Assembly: GCA_034780895.1 (NCBI GenBank)
Contig: JAUZTB010000057.1
Coordinates: 5,227,707-5,291,706, forward strand
Direction: 5' to 3'
Length of the DNA stretch: 64,000 bases
DNA from: Rhynchobatus australiae
Lineage: Eukaryota
Shown in pieces: positions 37,856-56,729 of the stretch. The notes under the pieces are model-generated. The model searched no databases. It saw nothing but the letters and a program-made list of their open reading frames with translations, and had not been told where the DNA came from. Made by a program: the position numbers and the translations under genes. Each line of letters opens with the position of its first letter. The first letter of the stretch is position 1.

Positions 37856-39749
37856 TTAGATAAATGACATTGTGCAATACACTCCAAGTCTGAGTAATAG
37901 ATAATTGGAAACTTTTCCTCTCCCTTCCCCATCCTTAATTGCCTGGCACTGTTCCTCATGCAGTACATAACTTGAGACTGCTCTTTGTAAATCATTGAAT
38001 TTCTGTAATTTGGCCATTTCTAAAAACTGGCCTACATTCAGGCTGTATTCAATATTTTTTTTCAGTAAAAGAGGCTGGGTAGTGATTAGTATTGCTAACT
38101 CTTTACAACATTAATCCAAAAGATATAGAAGCCAATATTTTCCAAACATTAACTCAGCATTGTTGACTAATTCAATTGTGCCATGTGCTCCATTCAAAGT
38201 TTTGCACATTGATTTAAAAAAAACACCTCCCTGGGTGCAAGGTTTTCCCAGCTCCCCCATTTCCAGATAACATCTTACAATTTTCATTAGGCAATGCAAG
38301 TGCCTGTTTCCTNNNNNNNNNNNNNNNNNNNNCGAGTGAGCATTTAGAGGGTAGTTAAATGTTGGAAATGTCCAGCAATGTCAGATGGCATCTACAGAGA
38401 TGACCATCTTTTATTGGAATGATTTTGGAGTTAAACAAGTTTAAAAATGCAGAGAATGGAGGAGAGAAGGAATGATGCAATTACAGTAATATATGCTGAG
38501 TTAGCTAATCAAAGACAAAAATGGTGGGAGGGAAGAGAGAAGAGCTGGGACCAATCTCAAAATTGTCTTGGGTGCATCTTGTTGAAGCTATTTGCTCCAG
38601 ATCAAAAGAGGCTGACCAGTAATGTGGTTTGGTCTGAATTTCAGAGAGCATGTTGGCATATGGGAGAGATTCTAGAGCTTGCTTGCTGTCAAGCTTTCCC
38701 TCCCATCTCTCCATTTCACCATTGACTCATTCTCTCATGCTCCCCTTCCTCCAATCTCTTACTATCTCATTCTCTTCCCCTCCCTCCAAATCTTCTTTCA
38801 AAGGTGCTTCTGTTGCCCTTTGGATTGAGTGGCAACAAGAGTTGGACCCCTCACCTGATATCCTGGAGCTCAGCAAGGCAGGTCAGGTAAGTGATCCATT
38901 GAATCCATTGAAGCAGCAAGAAGGAAGAGGAAAAATCTGAGGGTGTTTGGGGCATGATGGAGTTCAAGGACCATGCCTGATATCATTTGCACTGTGACCA
39001 GATCCATATTTTCAGTCACCAAGTCCTGCCTAAACCAATTCTAAATCTAACTTGCCTTTACTTTCCTGATCAAAGCATAGGTCAGCCATGGTATTGAATG
39101 GGACTGCAGACTTAAGGGACCTGGAGCCCTATTTGTGCTCCTATTTAGTGTTGGACTGATTTTTTTCGTTGTGCACACCAGTTCAAAATTTTCTGTAATG
39201 GTGTTTGCCTTCATTCTTTAAAGGAACGTTCTATGCAAATATTGGCTGACTGGGAACAGTACTGTGAAAGGAATCTGGTTTGGGAGTTGTCCTCAAATGC
39301 AGGGTGTGGTTTGTGTAATTTGATAGTTAGACATTTGAACAGCAATTGCAGATCAAACAAGCTAACAGGAGAGGAAGGTCAATGGCAAGCTAAGGGCAAT
39401 TTCTGAATGCCACACACCACACCAATAAAGTACTGAGGCTCAATTCAAAAATTAGTGCTCGGACTGAGTTGTGTAGAGGTAATTTTGTATATTGTATGTA
39501 AAAATGCAACCAAAAAGTTTTGTCAGCTCGGGTTTTCTTTTATATGCCAATTAATCAGAATTATAGTGTAACACTTTGCATTTTGATTTGAATTTTGAGA
39601 ACTTCTTTGGAGATGGTGTCCGGCCAGTAAGTTAATAAACTTACTGAATTGTGATTGAGATTTTGTTTTTAATTCTGCTCAATCTTGATCAAAGGGACTA
39701 GAGCAACACTGGAAAATGGGGAGGGGGGGGACATTGGAGGGGTTGATAT

Positions 39750-39990
39750 TAAAAACAGAAAATTCTAAAAACGCTCAGCAGGCCTAGCAGTGTCTGTAGA
39801 ACGAGAAACATGAATATCTTGGGTCTGAGAACTTCAGAACTGGAAAAGAAAAACAAACTAATTTAGGTTCACCACCTTGGCTAACTTTCTTATTCCCCAG
39901 TTCTATTGAAGGGTCCTGGGTAGGAGACATTGACCATTTCTCATTCCACAGATACTGTCTGACTTGTGTTTCCAGTATTTTCTATTTTAA
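39750..39990. mobile_element. Fold-back Penelope-derived element (degenerate)
   Basis: TAAAAACAGAAAATTCT ... CCAGTATTTTCTATTTTA termini; CAGAACTGG versus CCAGTTCTA inverted hammerhead starts. Confidence 0.55.
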
Positions 39991-42900
39991 GAGCATCATT
40001 TTAATCAGCATGAGAAATAAAAAGCTTGTAAGGTGCCAACATGCCCCTTTTAATTTCACATTGCATACTTGGCTTTATTTTTGCTGCTTGGTAAGAAAAT
40101 TGCTGCCTCTGGACATTGGAGATGTGATTGGATTTTGAAGCTGTCTAATTCTATAAAATATGTAACTGTGTTCTGAATTGGATCTGGCATGAGGTATATC
40201 CATTGTTACCGTAGTTTTCGTGTTTGAGCTAGTTATCTGGAAACATTATGGAAACAAGATTTTTGCTAAATCTGCTTCATTTTGTTGTTCATTTAAATGG
40301 GTTTGCATATAGCTGATAGAAATGAGAACATGCTAATTCTGATGTGGATTTGACAGCCACACGAGCTAATTCTTTGGGAATAAGTCACGCGAAGTAGACA
40401 AAGGAGAGCATACAATGTCTGTATCTGTCCAGAAAATTTAAGACTTGTATCTAATCCCCTTCCCCCTACCATCCCAACTCAGTAGCAGTAGAGATCTGAA
40501 GGTGAGTGTGGGTGAATATTTTGTTTGATTTCTTTGTTCATTGATGTAATCTGTTTGTTGTATTTCATTTTGATATTAAAAATGCCTGCTGAAATCCTCA
40601 AAGGGCTCTCTCCATGATACTTTAAAAGCTCTGTTTGTACCTGCTTTAGCTGATGACTATAGATTTCAGCTGGTGTTTGATGTTGAAAGAGAGCAGTTGC
40701 TGAAGCATTACTGCAGAGATACCTTTTGGACGTGTCCACTTCAAAGTGCAGAAAGTAGATTGATTACACAACAGATTTCCAAAATTACTCGATCGTGTCT
40801 GCTGCAAGTAGCTGATGCAATTTCAAAATTACCTTATTTCCCCCAAATAGTATCTTCCAAAATGTTTTCTTCATCGTTGTAGTATAGGCCCTGTGTCAAT
40901 GGAACCCTCTATGTAATTACCATTTATTGCAGCATGAGCTAAACTTCAATTTAAATAATAGATATGGGGAAAGTCAGATAATTCTACTGAATTGGATGAG
41001 TTTCAGATCAAAATTGGTGCCTCAAGACAGCTGTTAAAAATTCCGGTTTAATATTTCAACCCCCTTTTGCTGTACACATCAGGCACAGAAAGCACCTTAA
41101 TCATGTAGAAAGCTGCACTTCTGGCAATTTATTTGTATCTAATCCTAGTACGTGAAAAATCTGGCATGTTACCAAGAACATTAGAACGAGACTGCTGTTG
41201 GGTGATACGGGGTAATTCAGCTCTAACCTTGAACTGTAGGAAAAGTTAACAAGTTTGTAATATGGGTTTGTTTTAAATGTACGTTTAGAGGTGTAGGGTG
41301 CAAAAAAAACAATTTATAAATCGGTGATGTGTGGTTTTTACTTTTTTGTTCTTTGGGAATCTGTACAAGATGGATATATTTGACTGTTCCATTGTACCCA
41401 TGTAAAGGCTGTCATTTTTTCTGTCCTGAATCTCCCCAGGTGGTCAGTGTTTGTGCTTGGTGTCAAGGTATTCCCAGGCACTTCATGTTTACATGCACAA
41501 GTTAATCCAGGGATTTGCGGTTAATTGCATGCTGGTACAGAAAATAAAACTGTATGGAGAAAATGTGGTTAATGCAGGGCATGTGTGAAAATATGCCCTA
41601 CTTATACTGGTAAATCTCTTTGATTATTTAATTGCCTTTTGAGAGACACTGTTCAGTTATTACTTAAATTCTTTCCCCTTTGGGATATGAAATTGCACTG
41701 TCCAATTTAGACTGTAGTTTCAGCCTCAGTTGACTGAGTTGCTATTAATAGAAGACAAAGGATGGATTTGTCATCTGATTCCTGATCACAGTTAAGTGCT
41801 CTTTGAAAAGTTATGAATGTGGACATCAGCTTCAAGTGCCATACTCCATTTACCTGGATTTTGTAGCTAGTGGCAAAGGAGTAGTGCTTGCTATGCTACA
41901 TTGACAGCAGGTGTTTGAGATTTTGTGGACTTCTGAGTGCAGTAATTTTTCAATGGACATCTGATGCCATGCTGCAGCCTTTGGCATAGTGATGCATAGA
42001 TGAAAAATGGTATGGCTTTTCAACAATTGAATCCTCAGATTTGTGGCCTCAAGTTCAACATTTTACATTGAGTACAGGAAGCGAAATGGAGCGTAAAAGA
42101 AAGCTGGGAATACAAGGAGATGAAAAGTTTTAAAAACATTTTAAATTATCCAGCAATAGTGAGAATCCACAAGTGGAAAATAAAACTTTTAATGCTGGTG
42201 GAAAGAGAACTATGATGGTGGCTTGACTACTCATGCTATTTTTAAAATAAAATAATTCCTGACTGCATCAGACCTCACTTTCTACCCTGGTAACTAATGA
42301 ATGAGTACCACAAATTTGTACTCTTGTGTGGACTTCATTACAGAGTCATTTGGAAGATACAGCTATGATATAGCCTTGGGTATAACAGAAACTCTGACAG
42401 CACATTTCAGTTTTGCATCTGGCTGTGCACGTATATACTCTGAAAGCTGCTGTAAAACTTTGGCAAAGGTGAGTGCCATTAACTCTGGTTTATGTTTGAA
42501 GTCCAGCAGTTACCTCAATTGGTACTTGGTCTTCCTTTCTTAATGGTATCTGCACCATATTTCCTCTGTTTCCATTTTTGTTCACGCGTTTTTTTTTAGT
42601 TTTAAAAAAAACCCAAGTGGCAAACAGAATGTAATTAAGCTTTCCAATTGCTGCCACTGTTTTTGGCAATTGCTTTGTTTTATCTTGATTTCAATTCTTT
42701 TGGGCCTGGCATTCCAAATTTGATCTAGCTGTATTGTGAAAAGCAAAACAAAGTATTTAAATTTGTCCATAGTATTTTCCTTGTGTTCTGAACTTGTGTG
42801 TGACAATTTCAGTTCTGGAGGAGGATACTCAGCGAAGAGAATATTACAACTGTTGAATCTGGAGGTGGCAGTTGTAGGGGGGAGAGAAAGCTTTGGTGCA

Positions 42901-44914
42901 AGTTTTTTAAAAACAGTTATGGTAAAATTATCTGGAATATCTCTAATAGCATCACTTCAGCTCCTATCAGAGGATTTATGAAATTGGATACTGCTCAACT
43001 GTGCCTTGTAAACCCATCCTTACTTTGCAAATATTTGAAAGTTGTAAGGAGGATTGTATTACTGCTTGTATCATTGTGGACCTGCAACAATAGGGATTAT
43101 GATTACAATGTAAAGATCTGCCTAATTGTACACGTGCAGAAATCAGAGTTTGGGTTTGATTGCTGTGTTAGCTAATCCTAAGGTATCATTATTTCAGTGG
43201 TATTTTGCTTAAAAAGAGACAACTCACTATTTACTATAGTGCTATCTGGTGACTTGTGGAAAATATATATTTGCCTTTGGAAATACTACTAAGTCCATCT
43301 TTATAAATTCTTCTGGCTAATTGTGACTTGTAACGTAAAAATTCTAGCTACATGTTTTGAGTGTTATGGGTGTCTCATAGGCTCAATCTAGTCCACCACT
43401 GCATCATTCATCCCTTGTCTTCATGGCTTTTGGACAGCTTTGTGGTAGAATTATCGGGAGGAATTAATGGGCATGTGTAAGAGCGGTTACAGAGAAGTGG
43501 GGGGGGGGGGGGGGAACCTGAGGGCCGGGATCTAAAGTGCTGGAAACATTAGTGGAGTGGGAGTGGAATGTCTGATCGTGAGGTGCTAGATTTCCAGCTT
43601 GCCTTTTGGCATCCACACTTCAATGTGCAGGCATGAATATCAGAGATGAGCCTATCCTGAAGATGATTTTAACTGTCAGTTATTTAGAGAATCTGATCAG
43701 AAGCGTGTACTTGTCAGTCCATTAGGACAGACTATCAAAAATGTAGTCAAAGATTTCCAGGAATGCCTTACAGAAGGAGAGGGGTTTTCCAGAACCTAAG
43801 GGACAGCATGTAGGCAAGATGGAGCCAAAGAGAACTTCCCCTTCGGAACAGAACAGCTTTTATCAATATAGTGTGTGCGACGTAAGGTTCTTTGGTGTTT
43901 GAGTGAATATGTGGAAAGTATTGAGCTTGGAACTGTGAATTTAAAAACTTTTTAGAAAATTTTAAAGTAAAATTTCCTGCCGCAAGGTTTGAGGTTAGGG
44001 AGGTAGGAGACTGAGGGTGACAGTATTCTGGAACAAGTATGGGTCTCGCAAAGGGTAATGATATCAAATTTGTAAAGACTGGGATGAAAACTTTAAAATG
44101 TATATAATAGACTTTTCGGATAAACTGGAGTTTTAGAAAGGTGGGAAAATGGGAGGAAAACACCAAGAACAACATTGGGGAAGTTCAACCTTAAGGTAAC
44201 TGAAGTAAGAATCAAGGTTATTGGGGTGGAGGAGGACATGGTAGAATAGTTGGAAGACATGGTGATTTAGAGGATATGGGATCATCTGCAGATCAACAGA
44301 ACAGTTTGTGAATAGTCTGCTTTGACAGTGACCGATTTGGTTTTGGGATTTGCATGATGCTTCTCAAAGGCATTGATATATGGCCTGTGTAACATTGTTC
44401 TCAATTGGGTGTGGTGATCTATATAAATATTACTCAGCTAAACCTGAGCCAAGAACTCGCTTGTTGCTTAGTGTCTTGTAGGTTTGAAAGGTCAGCCGTG
44501 TTTCTGCGTGTGGGTTTATAAAGTCAAATATTGGACCCTTGTGCTGATATAGTTGGTGATTAGTGACTGTGATTTGGCAAAGGGTTTATTTTTGTGTACT
44601 TTTTTCATGGTGGCCTTTAGTTTCAGAACTTGGAATTTGTGCACCACTTCCCAGCCATTGTATTCAGTTGCATATAGTACAATGTTTTGCCAGAGACCTC
44701 AGACTTTTGATTCATGGTATTAACTAATGTCTAGCCATTGTTAATCTTNNNNNNNNNNNNNNNNNNNNNNNNNNNNNNNNNATAATTTAACAATCAACAT
44801 AATCAGCACTGTACATTCCATAGAGGTGTAAATCCCTGACTGGCAGTACAGCATTGAAAATTTGAAGCAGAAATATCACTTATTTTCTGTGAGGCAGGTT
44901 GCAGTTGCTTTGAC

Positions 44915-45570
44915 AACAATAAAAACAATGCTGGAAATACTCAGGTCAGGCAACACTTGTGGGGAGAGAAACAGAATTAACATGTTGGCTGTATGATCTT
45001 TCATCGGAGCTAGGAAAGTTATGCATCTGTTTAAAGTTGTAGAGACTGGTGAAGAGAACAAAATGGATGTTTGTAATAAGATGGTGACAAAGTGTCACCA
45101 AAATGGTCGGTGCACTGGTGGATAGAAGAGTGAAGGCTTTTAACTGTAGTGAGTATGTCTGAAAGACGTGGAAATGCGAGATGAGTGAGAATACAAAGGG
45201 AGATAGAATCAGTACTGGAATTGAGTGATACAGGATACTGCTGGAAATCTGAAATAAGAGAACACTGGAAATGCTCAGTGGATTAGGCAGCATTGGTTGA
45301 GAGAGAAACTGACAATGCTGCAAGTTGCTCAACCTCCAATAGAATTGGTGAGGTCTGATGCATACTGGAAAGGCTGGTTATCTGAAATTTCTGAATTCAA
45401 GACTGTACTGTGCCTAGATGGAAGATGAGATGAGGCTCTTTGAGCTTTTAGGATTAGTTGGAACAGTGTAAGAGGCCAAAGATAGGATGGATAATTAAAG
45501 TGATGGATAAATTTGAGAACTGAACAGAGGCATTATGTGGAGCATTAATCCAGACTACGTTTAGTTTCTG
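44915..45570 (-). mobile_element. Penelope-like fragment with two tandem terminal-repeat copies and endonuclease remnant
   Basis: Family motif at ~44925 and again at ~45260, followed by sequence resembling the reverse complement of 30900-31030. Confidence 0.55.
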
Positions 45571-48500
45571 CATTGAGCACTGAATGCAGTCCACTAAATT
45601 TGCTGTTTTTGGAGTTTTTGACCTGTATTTCGTGTCATTTATTATTGTCATCCTGTTTGGATTTTTAAATGATGGAAAAAGAAGATATTTTGCAATTATA
45701 AATTATGGCACTTTGTTACAGATATTCCCAAGTAAAGTTAAGTCTTGTAGCTGGTACTTTAACAAGAGATATAGAATATTTGCTAATCTTTTTTCCAGAG
45801 GGATAATGGTTTTATCAAAGGAAGTAGGCCATTAAAGGCTCTTGTCTGTCCTGCAACTCAGTTATATCATGCTGCTGTTTGAGATTTTCTTCAACATTAT
45901 TGAGTTAGGCGTACTCTGATTCACAGGTTATGTCCTCCTATTCTTGGTTATGACACTTTTTTTTTCTCCTAGTCTCATTCATACAGCAGTGGTCTAATAG
46001 CTGCCTGTCTTCAGTTTGACATGAAAAAGGAATAAATATGTTAGTTTCCCAAGTCAAATATCTGTATGTTTGTAAAATTGACTAAGTTATGTTTGGGTAT
46101 GTGTGCTCCCCTGTGTAATTGTCTTGATCATATATGGCTGATATATGCTTACCTTTGCTGCATATTGAATAGTGAGCTACGTGGAAGATCTTTCACCTCC
46201 CATATGTGCACTCTTCAGATNNNNNNNNNNNNNNNNNGTAAAACAGAAATTACTTGAAATGTCAGCATTAACAGCTGTAATTAAACTCTACATAAATGTG
46301 TGCTTTTAATTACTTATCAAAAGTTTGACAGTGAAGAGTTTCCATGACAAATTGCCATCTTTTGATGTAATACAGGATGCTAATTCATTTATGTAGACTA
46401 TATACTTGTCAAAAATCACCTTTTATCAAGTTGTCTATTTTTAGTTTCTTTTGCAACCCCAATGTCAAAAGGCCAGAATTTACTGCCCATCTTTGAGAAG
46501 GTGGTGGTGAGTGGCTTTCTTGAAGATGCTACCATGGGACTGTTTGGTAGGGAGTTCTAGGATTTAGACCCAGTGATAATTAAGGACCAGTGAAATATTT
46601 CTGAATCAGGTTGGTGTACAACTTGCAGGGGGATCTGCGGGTGTTCCCATGTGCCTACTGCCAATGATTTGTCTTTGAACATGGTGATGACACAACTGTC
46701 AATAGATGGGTCCAGAGTCTCACATAGTCTACATCAGATAAGGAGGTAAATTTTCTGCCTTGAAGGGCATTAGTTAAACAGGTGGGTTTTAAATGACACT
46801 ATAACTTTCTCTGGTCATTGTTAGCAAGATTATTTGTGCCAGGGAATAATTCTGTTGGAACAACTTTAAGGCTGATACTGGCTTTGCATTTTGTGGTTTG
46901 TGTTTTGGATTTCTGGTTGAATGCTGTATAACTTATACAAAAGGTGGTAGTTTGACACAGAAATTGAAACATTAAGGGTGGTGATTTTAAAAAAAGGAGT
47001 GCAGGAAGCCAATGATGCAGGATCACAACCTTGAAACATTTGATTTTGTCAAAAACCTCTTGCCGTCCCAGATGCTGCTTGAACTGCTGAGCTCTTCCCG
47101 ATTCCAGCATCTGCAGTCTTTGTCATCTTGCCGCATTCAAGCCTTGTATTGAATAAATGTGAATTGGGAATCCTTGATTTTTCCCTCTGCTATTGTTGCT
47201 GATCTAACAATTCCAAGAACATTGAGCAATTTTTTGATAGCTTATCAATGTGGTATTAATGAGTGTTCAGACACAGTGATAAATATCACTAATCATGATC
47301 TTCCTTGTCTGACATCAATGGACTTTGTGGGAACTCTACTTTTTAACATTATTTCCACCTGCTTCTCCCCTTCACCTCCCCAGTCTAACTTCCCAAGATT
47401 GCTGCTGTGGTTTAGAGGAGTNNNNNNNNNNNNNNNNNNNNNNNNNNNNNNNNNNCATAGCTTGAATAGTGCCTTTATTGACTAACTCTTCAGGAAGACT
47501 GTTAATTTTGGAATATTTCAATCGAATATGTCCACTGCAGACATCACTTTGCTATTTCTATGGTACCTTAAAGTACTTTTCTGGTATTGGTTGTACAATT
47601 GGCAAGAGAGGCACAGTTTGGGAATAAAATGGTTTGTTGGTTTACATTTTGCAGTGATACCTTATGGATGTAGCTGCTGATACTGATTTGGGTTCTACCA
47701 CTTTCAAATGGAGCCCATCTACTGTGTTGAATAAACTTTGCAGTTGTATGCATTGCTGAGGAGATATTAGAATGAGCTGCTTGCCTTGTATTGTTCTTGG
47801 AGTAGATTGTTCAAAAGCCTATTCTGACAGGCACCCTGTGACTTTTTATGGATTATACCCATACAGTTCTATTCACTAGTTTGCTAGGCTGTCCATAAAA
47901 GCAATATATTCTGTTAATCAATATCTAACACTGGGAAATGTTGCTGCATATGTTTATAACAAGGTGCTTTTAAAGATGAGAATAGGGACTAGGAGATAAT
48001 CAGAAGGTGGTTGTCTATGACATTGTATACAACAGGTTTGGTTAATAACTGATGTTAATCTTGCAGAGCGGCAGGGATGGTGATTTTTGTCGACCGTGGC
48101 AAGCTGTGCTCTTGACGTTCAGAATTTGATACTTTGTCATAGTCTCTCTTTGCGTTCATTCATACCTCTGAATTCAGCAAACTGATACTTGAGTAGGAAA
48201 TGTGAAAATTTGCCTTGAATCTAACAGTAAACTGCTTGCTCAGCAAAAAAGGATCAGAACAACAGCTATAAAAAGGGTACTGATTGTGGGATAATGTATT
48301 GTCCTATGGGACTGGCATATTATGGCTGTGTAATGGTATTCTGTCTGGAAGTGCTCTCAAGGTCACCAAGATCACCTTTTAAGGTACCTCAAATTTGGCT
48401 AATGCACTCACTAAAATGTCTAATGGATTGAGCGGCACTGTTACAGATGGCAACAATTTTATTTTCATTTTAGTTTCACGTCATGTAGGCTGGATGCTAG

Positions 48501-48659
48501 AAATCTGAGAAAGGGTGAGTATCAGTTCTGAGGTGGTAGCACTAGGACTTCACGGGTATTTGTGTTGGATGTACAGTTGCATAATCCATCAAATTTCCAG
48601 TCTGAAGCATAGTTAAATTAAGTGAAGTTAAATAATGATGCATGTTTTTGGTGGGAAAA

Positions 48660-48860
48660 TTATATGTGGGTGCGTGGAACACACTGGGGGTGCTTGTAGA
48701 GGCAGATACATTAGGGACATTTAAGAGATTCTTAGGCACATGGATGATAGAAAATGGAGGGGTATGTGGGAGCGAATGGTTAGATTGATCTTAGAGTAGG
48801 CTAGAAGGTCAGCCCAATATCGTGGGACGAAAGCCCTGTACTGTGCTGTAATGTTCCATT
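48660..48860 (+). mobile_element. CR1-like 3' tail fragment
   Basis: GGCAGATACATTAGGGACATTTAAGAGATTCTTAG nearly identical to 31613-31647. Confidence 0.7.
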
Positions 48861-50667
48861 TAATTTTACTTAATTCACTAGTTTAATTATTTAACAAAAG
48901 GGGTGCAAATACACCAAGGGAAAAAATGAACATCCCCAATTTTTAAAATGAATATGTACTTGCTGGTAAAATATGTTAGAAATTGCCTGCACTGTTCTCA
49001 TTGTACATTGTGATATTGCTTGCTTCAACTTTCACCAAGGGAGATTGAGTTTATGCAGATAATGAAGCAGCAGTGCCACCAGTACAAAAATCCATTAAAG
49101 ACCTTCATGCACATTTGGCAAGTTTTTAGCCTGTGGATAATCAGCTTTTGAAATTCTGTAAACAATTGGAAGAAGCCATGAGAACAACAAGGGAACAAAA
49201 TGTATTCTGTGTGAGAACTTCATGCTGGTTGAATTGTTTAAAATGTGCAAATATCCCAGTATGTTCATCTACTAGAAGTCCAAACTGGCAACTTTGTGGC
49301 AGTAAAAATGCTGTCAAAGCACTTGTGTGCAAATGACCTGCTTTTAACAGTAATTGTGTGCAATGTGGGGAAAGGCTACACATCTGATAGGCTATGTGCT
49401 ATCAGGTAGTTGAGAACCACCAAAGACTTGCACAAAACTGTTTAATTGGAAATGTGCGTCAGATGGTCTCTGTTAGTGAAGTAAGTGGATATCCTGTTTT
49501 AAAAAAAATACCCCCAAATGCAAATGCAGAGAGGTTGGTCAGAAAGAGAAACAGTAATATTTTAGTGGGCTTCTTCAGAATCAGATATATTATCACTGAC
49601 TTAAATTACATGAAATTTGTTTTGCAACAGCAGTACAGTGCAAGCATAAAATTACTATAAATTACAGAAATAGTGCAATAAAAAGGAATAATGAGGTAGT
49701 GTTCATGGACTGTCCAGAAATTTGATGGCAGAGGGGAAGAAGGTGTTTCCTAAACTTTGTGTGGGTGAGGAGTGTTGCTTCTCTCATGTTTAGAGTTTAC
49801 TCTCTCATGACCTGTCTTCAGATGCCAATTGACCTGTTAAATATTTCCCATGTTTCCTTGTCCAGGACTCGGTAGTCCAGATTGTGACAAGCATAATGGT
49901 GAGTCTTATCAGTATTCATCATTATGGTGAAAATTGGACAGTAGCTTCCAGTATCAGCAGTTAAATGCAAAATCCAGAAACTGCTGTGTAATTTTCATTG
50001 CTCATTCACAAATTGTGCAGCATCAGAACTTAATCAATAAATTCAACATTGAAATCCATGTAAGAGCACTAAGCTTCAGTAATTCCCCACTAGAAATAAA
50101 CTAAACCTGCAAAATGGATTGGGGTTCATGTATTCAGATTTTGATAGATTTTTAGTATTGCAATAAGTCCTAACTGAAGCACAAGTAGTAACCTGGCATT
50201 GAGAATATAATTTTACAAGTTTATTCTCATTCCTTCAGAGTTTAATTAATGGAGGTTGTTTACATGGTATAAATATTTGAAAGCTTTTACTCTTGACATC
50301 TAACTGTCTTTTTGCATGATTTCGGAACCCAAGACCAGCATACAATATGCGTCCAACTGTAAACAGAAATGACAGTAATTGATTAATTTGCTGCATGTTT
50401 TACCTTGCCAGAAATTTTATACTTTGTCCACAAAGTCATTTAGTGTATTTTCAGTATACTTTAAGCCCATATATATTTTCTAATATTGGTGACTTTGTGA
50501 TCAAATCATTGGAAAATCTAATATCTTCCATTACCTACCCCATCCCTCTTTCATCTGCTCTGGCTAGACCTTCCCCCTCTTTTTCTGATTAATCAATTGC
50601 TTTATTTATCTGCATTGTTAGTCAATAAAAGTGTTTGCTTTTCAGTGAACTAGTATTCCACCTGTGA

Positions 50668-54429
<3,762 letters not shown>

Positions 54430-56097
54430 TAATCGCATATTACACTTAGTTGATATAAACTAATGAAGTGAAATATTGGTGTGTCAGTGGCGCTGAGCAC
54501 TGCACGACCATTTGTCTGCTCCCTCAAACCATAGAGGGAGCATAATTAGCACACGTTTGAGAAATAGTGTAGGAGGAAGTATTTCGGGCACCTGGGCATT
54601 GAGGCCTGTCCTGAGGTAGGAGGGAACTGTTTTGATATATACATTCACAGGATACAGGAATTGCTGGCAAGACTGCTATTTATTGCCCATCTCCAATTGT
54701 TCCTACAAAGATGGTTTGGGCCACTTGGAATTAGTGTAGTGAAGGTGCTTCGAAAGAGCTACTTAATGGGGAATTTTGACCCAATGACAATGGCGGNNNN
54801 NNNNNNNNNNNNNNNNNNNNNNNNNNNNNNNNNNNNNNNNNNNNNNNNNNNNNNNNNNNNNNNNNNNNNNNNNNNNNNNNNNNNNNNNNNNNNNNNNNNN
54901 NNNNNNNNNNNNNNNNNNNACAGCTGTATCTTTTTTGTGGTGTTTAACCAGGGCTTTGGAGGGGGATATAGTTGATGGGTAACTACCCAAGTGAAATAGC
55001 AAAGAGGATTAAGAGGGATTAGTACTGGGAGAAGTGAAGCATTAGAACTGAGTAGCTCAGAAATAGGATAGTGGGGGTGGGGAAAAGTTAACAGGGAGCG
55101 GTTGTGCATGGATTCACAGAGCATGGTAAATAAGTTTGAGCTATAGGCACAAGTAGCTATGGTAAAACTGAGAATCTGGCACCGTTGGGACTCTGGTGCC
55201 AGACTTGCAATTTTCTGGGATTATTGGTTATTACTCCTGTTAATACCTCAGTGCATTTTTAATTCACTTTAAGATGACACTGCATTCCAGACAGTAGCTG
55301 TTATGGTGACAAAATTACCAAAGGAACAAATTGGAACATAAAAGTGAATGGTTGCTTTTTAGACAAAAAGGGGCATTTGCACTGTGGGGTTGGTCTTGGG
55401 ATCAAAGTTCTTGATGTTTTAATGACATGGAATTAGGTGTGCAGAGTGCAATTTCAGATATTTGCANNNNNNNNNNNNNNNNNNNNNNNNNNNNNNNNNN
55501 NNNNNNNNNNNNNNNNNNNNNNNNNNNNNNNNNNNNNNNNNNNNNNNNNNNNNNNNNNNNNNAGTACATCTTTAAGGATATGAAAGCATCTAAAGGATGC
55601 AGAGGGGATTAACTAAAAAAGGACTCGGGATAAATGAGTTTGGTGATGTGAAGAGACTAGAGAAACTGGGTATGGTTTGCTTGGAGCAGAGGAGGATTAA
55701 GGGAGATTTGAGGTCTTCAAAATTGACTGATTTTTGGAAGCAAATGAGAAGAAACTAATTCAAGTGGCAGCAAAGTAGGTAAACGGCAATAATTTAAGAT
55801 AATTGGCAAAGGAACCAGAAGCGGCATTCGATGTTATGACCTGGAATACAGTGTCCTAAAGTGTGGTGAAAGAAAATTCAGTAATAACATTAAAAATAGA
55901 ATTAGCAAAATATTTCAGGGCTAAGGGGGAAAAGTCCAGTGAAGTGGGAAATAATTGTGGTAACACTTTGAAAAGCTCCACTAGCATAATTTGGCCAAAT
56001 GATCACCACCTCAGCTATATCATTTCAGGTTCTGTGGGACTAGTGAAGGTACCTCTATAGAACTATTTAATGGGGAATCCCAGAACTTTGACCCAGT

Positions 56098-56447
56098 GCG
56101 GCACGGTGGCGTAGTGGCTAGCACGACGCTATTACAGCGCCAGTGACCTGGGTTTGATTTCCGCTGCTGCCTGTAAGGAGTTTGTACGTTCTCCCATGTC
56201 TGCATGGGTTTCCTCTGGGTGCTCCGGTTTCCTCCCACATTTCAAAGACATNNNNNNNNNNNNNNNNNNNNNNNNNNNNNNNNNNNNNNNNNNNNNNNNN
56301 NNNNNNNNNNNNNNNNNNNNNNNNNNNNNNNNNNNNNNNNNNNNNNNNNNNCTTGTCAACGACAGACGGGTAGGTTAATTTGGGGTTTAAAATGGGCGGG
56401 GTGGACTTGTAGGGCCGGAAGGGCCTGTTACCACGCTGTAAATAAAA
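56098..56447 (+). mobile_element. tRNA-derived V-SINE, tail type A (CR1-like), spanning a 100-N gap
   Basis: A-box TGGCGTAGTGG (56107-56117), full V-domain, and tail GGGCCGGAAGGGCCTGTTACCACGCTGTAAATAAAA as at 19830-19866. Confidence 0.8.
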
Positions 56448-56729
56448 ATTTTTTTTAAATTTTAAAAAATAGGGAGGTGGGGTGTAAATGAGTAACAACA
56501 TTGTATTTTCATATAAAATCCCATCTAATGCATAGTTTAATGCATAGGAACTGAAAGATGGCCTTACGTCTCCTCTCTCTTTCTCCCCCCCTCCATTTTA
56601 AGTGTGTTTTGACAAATTTTGATGCATTTTAATCTCTTTATCAGTTCAAGAATGTCAGTGGTTTTAACTGCAATGACTGAGCTTTTATTATTGTGCAATT
56701 ATAAAATGATTAATGACTGTGCAATTATT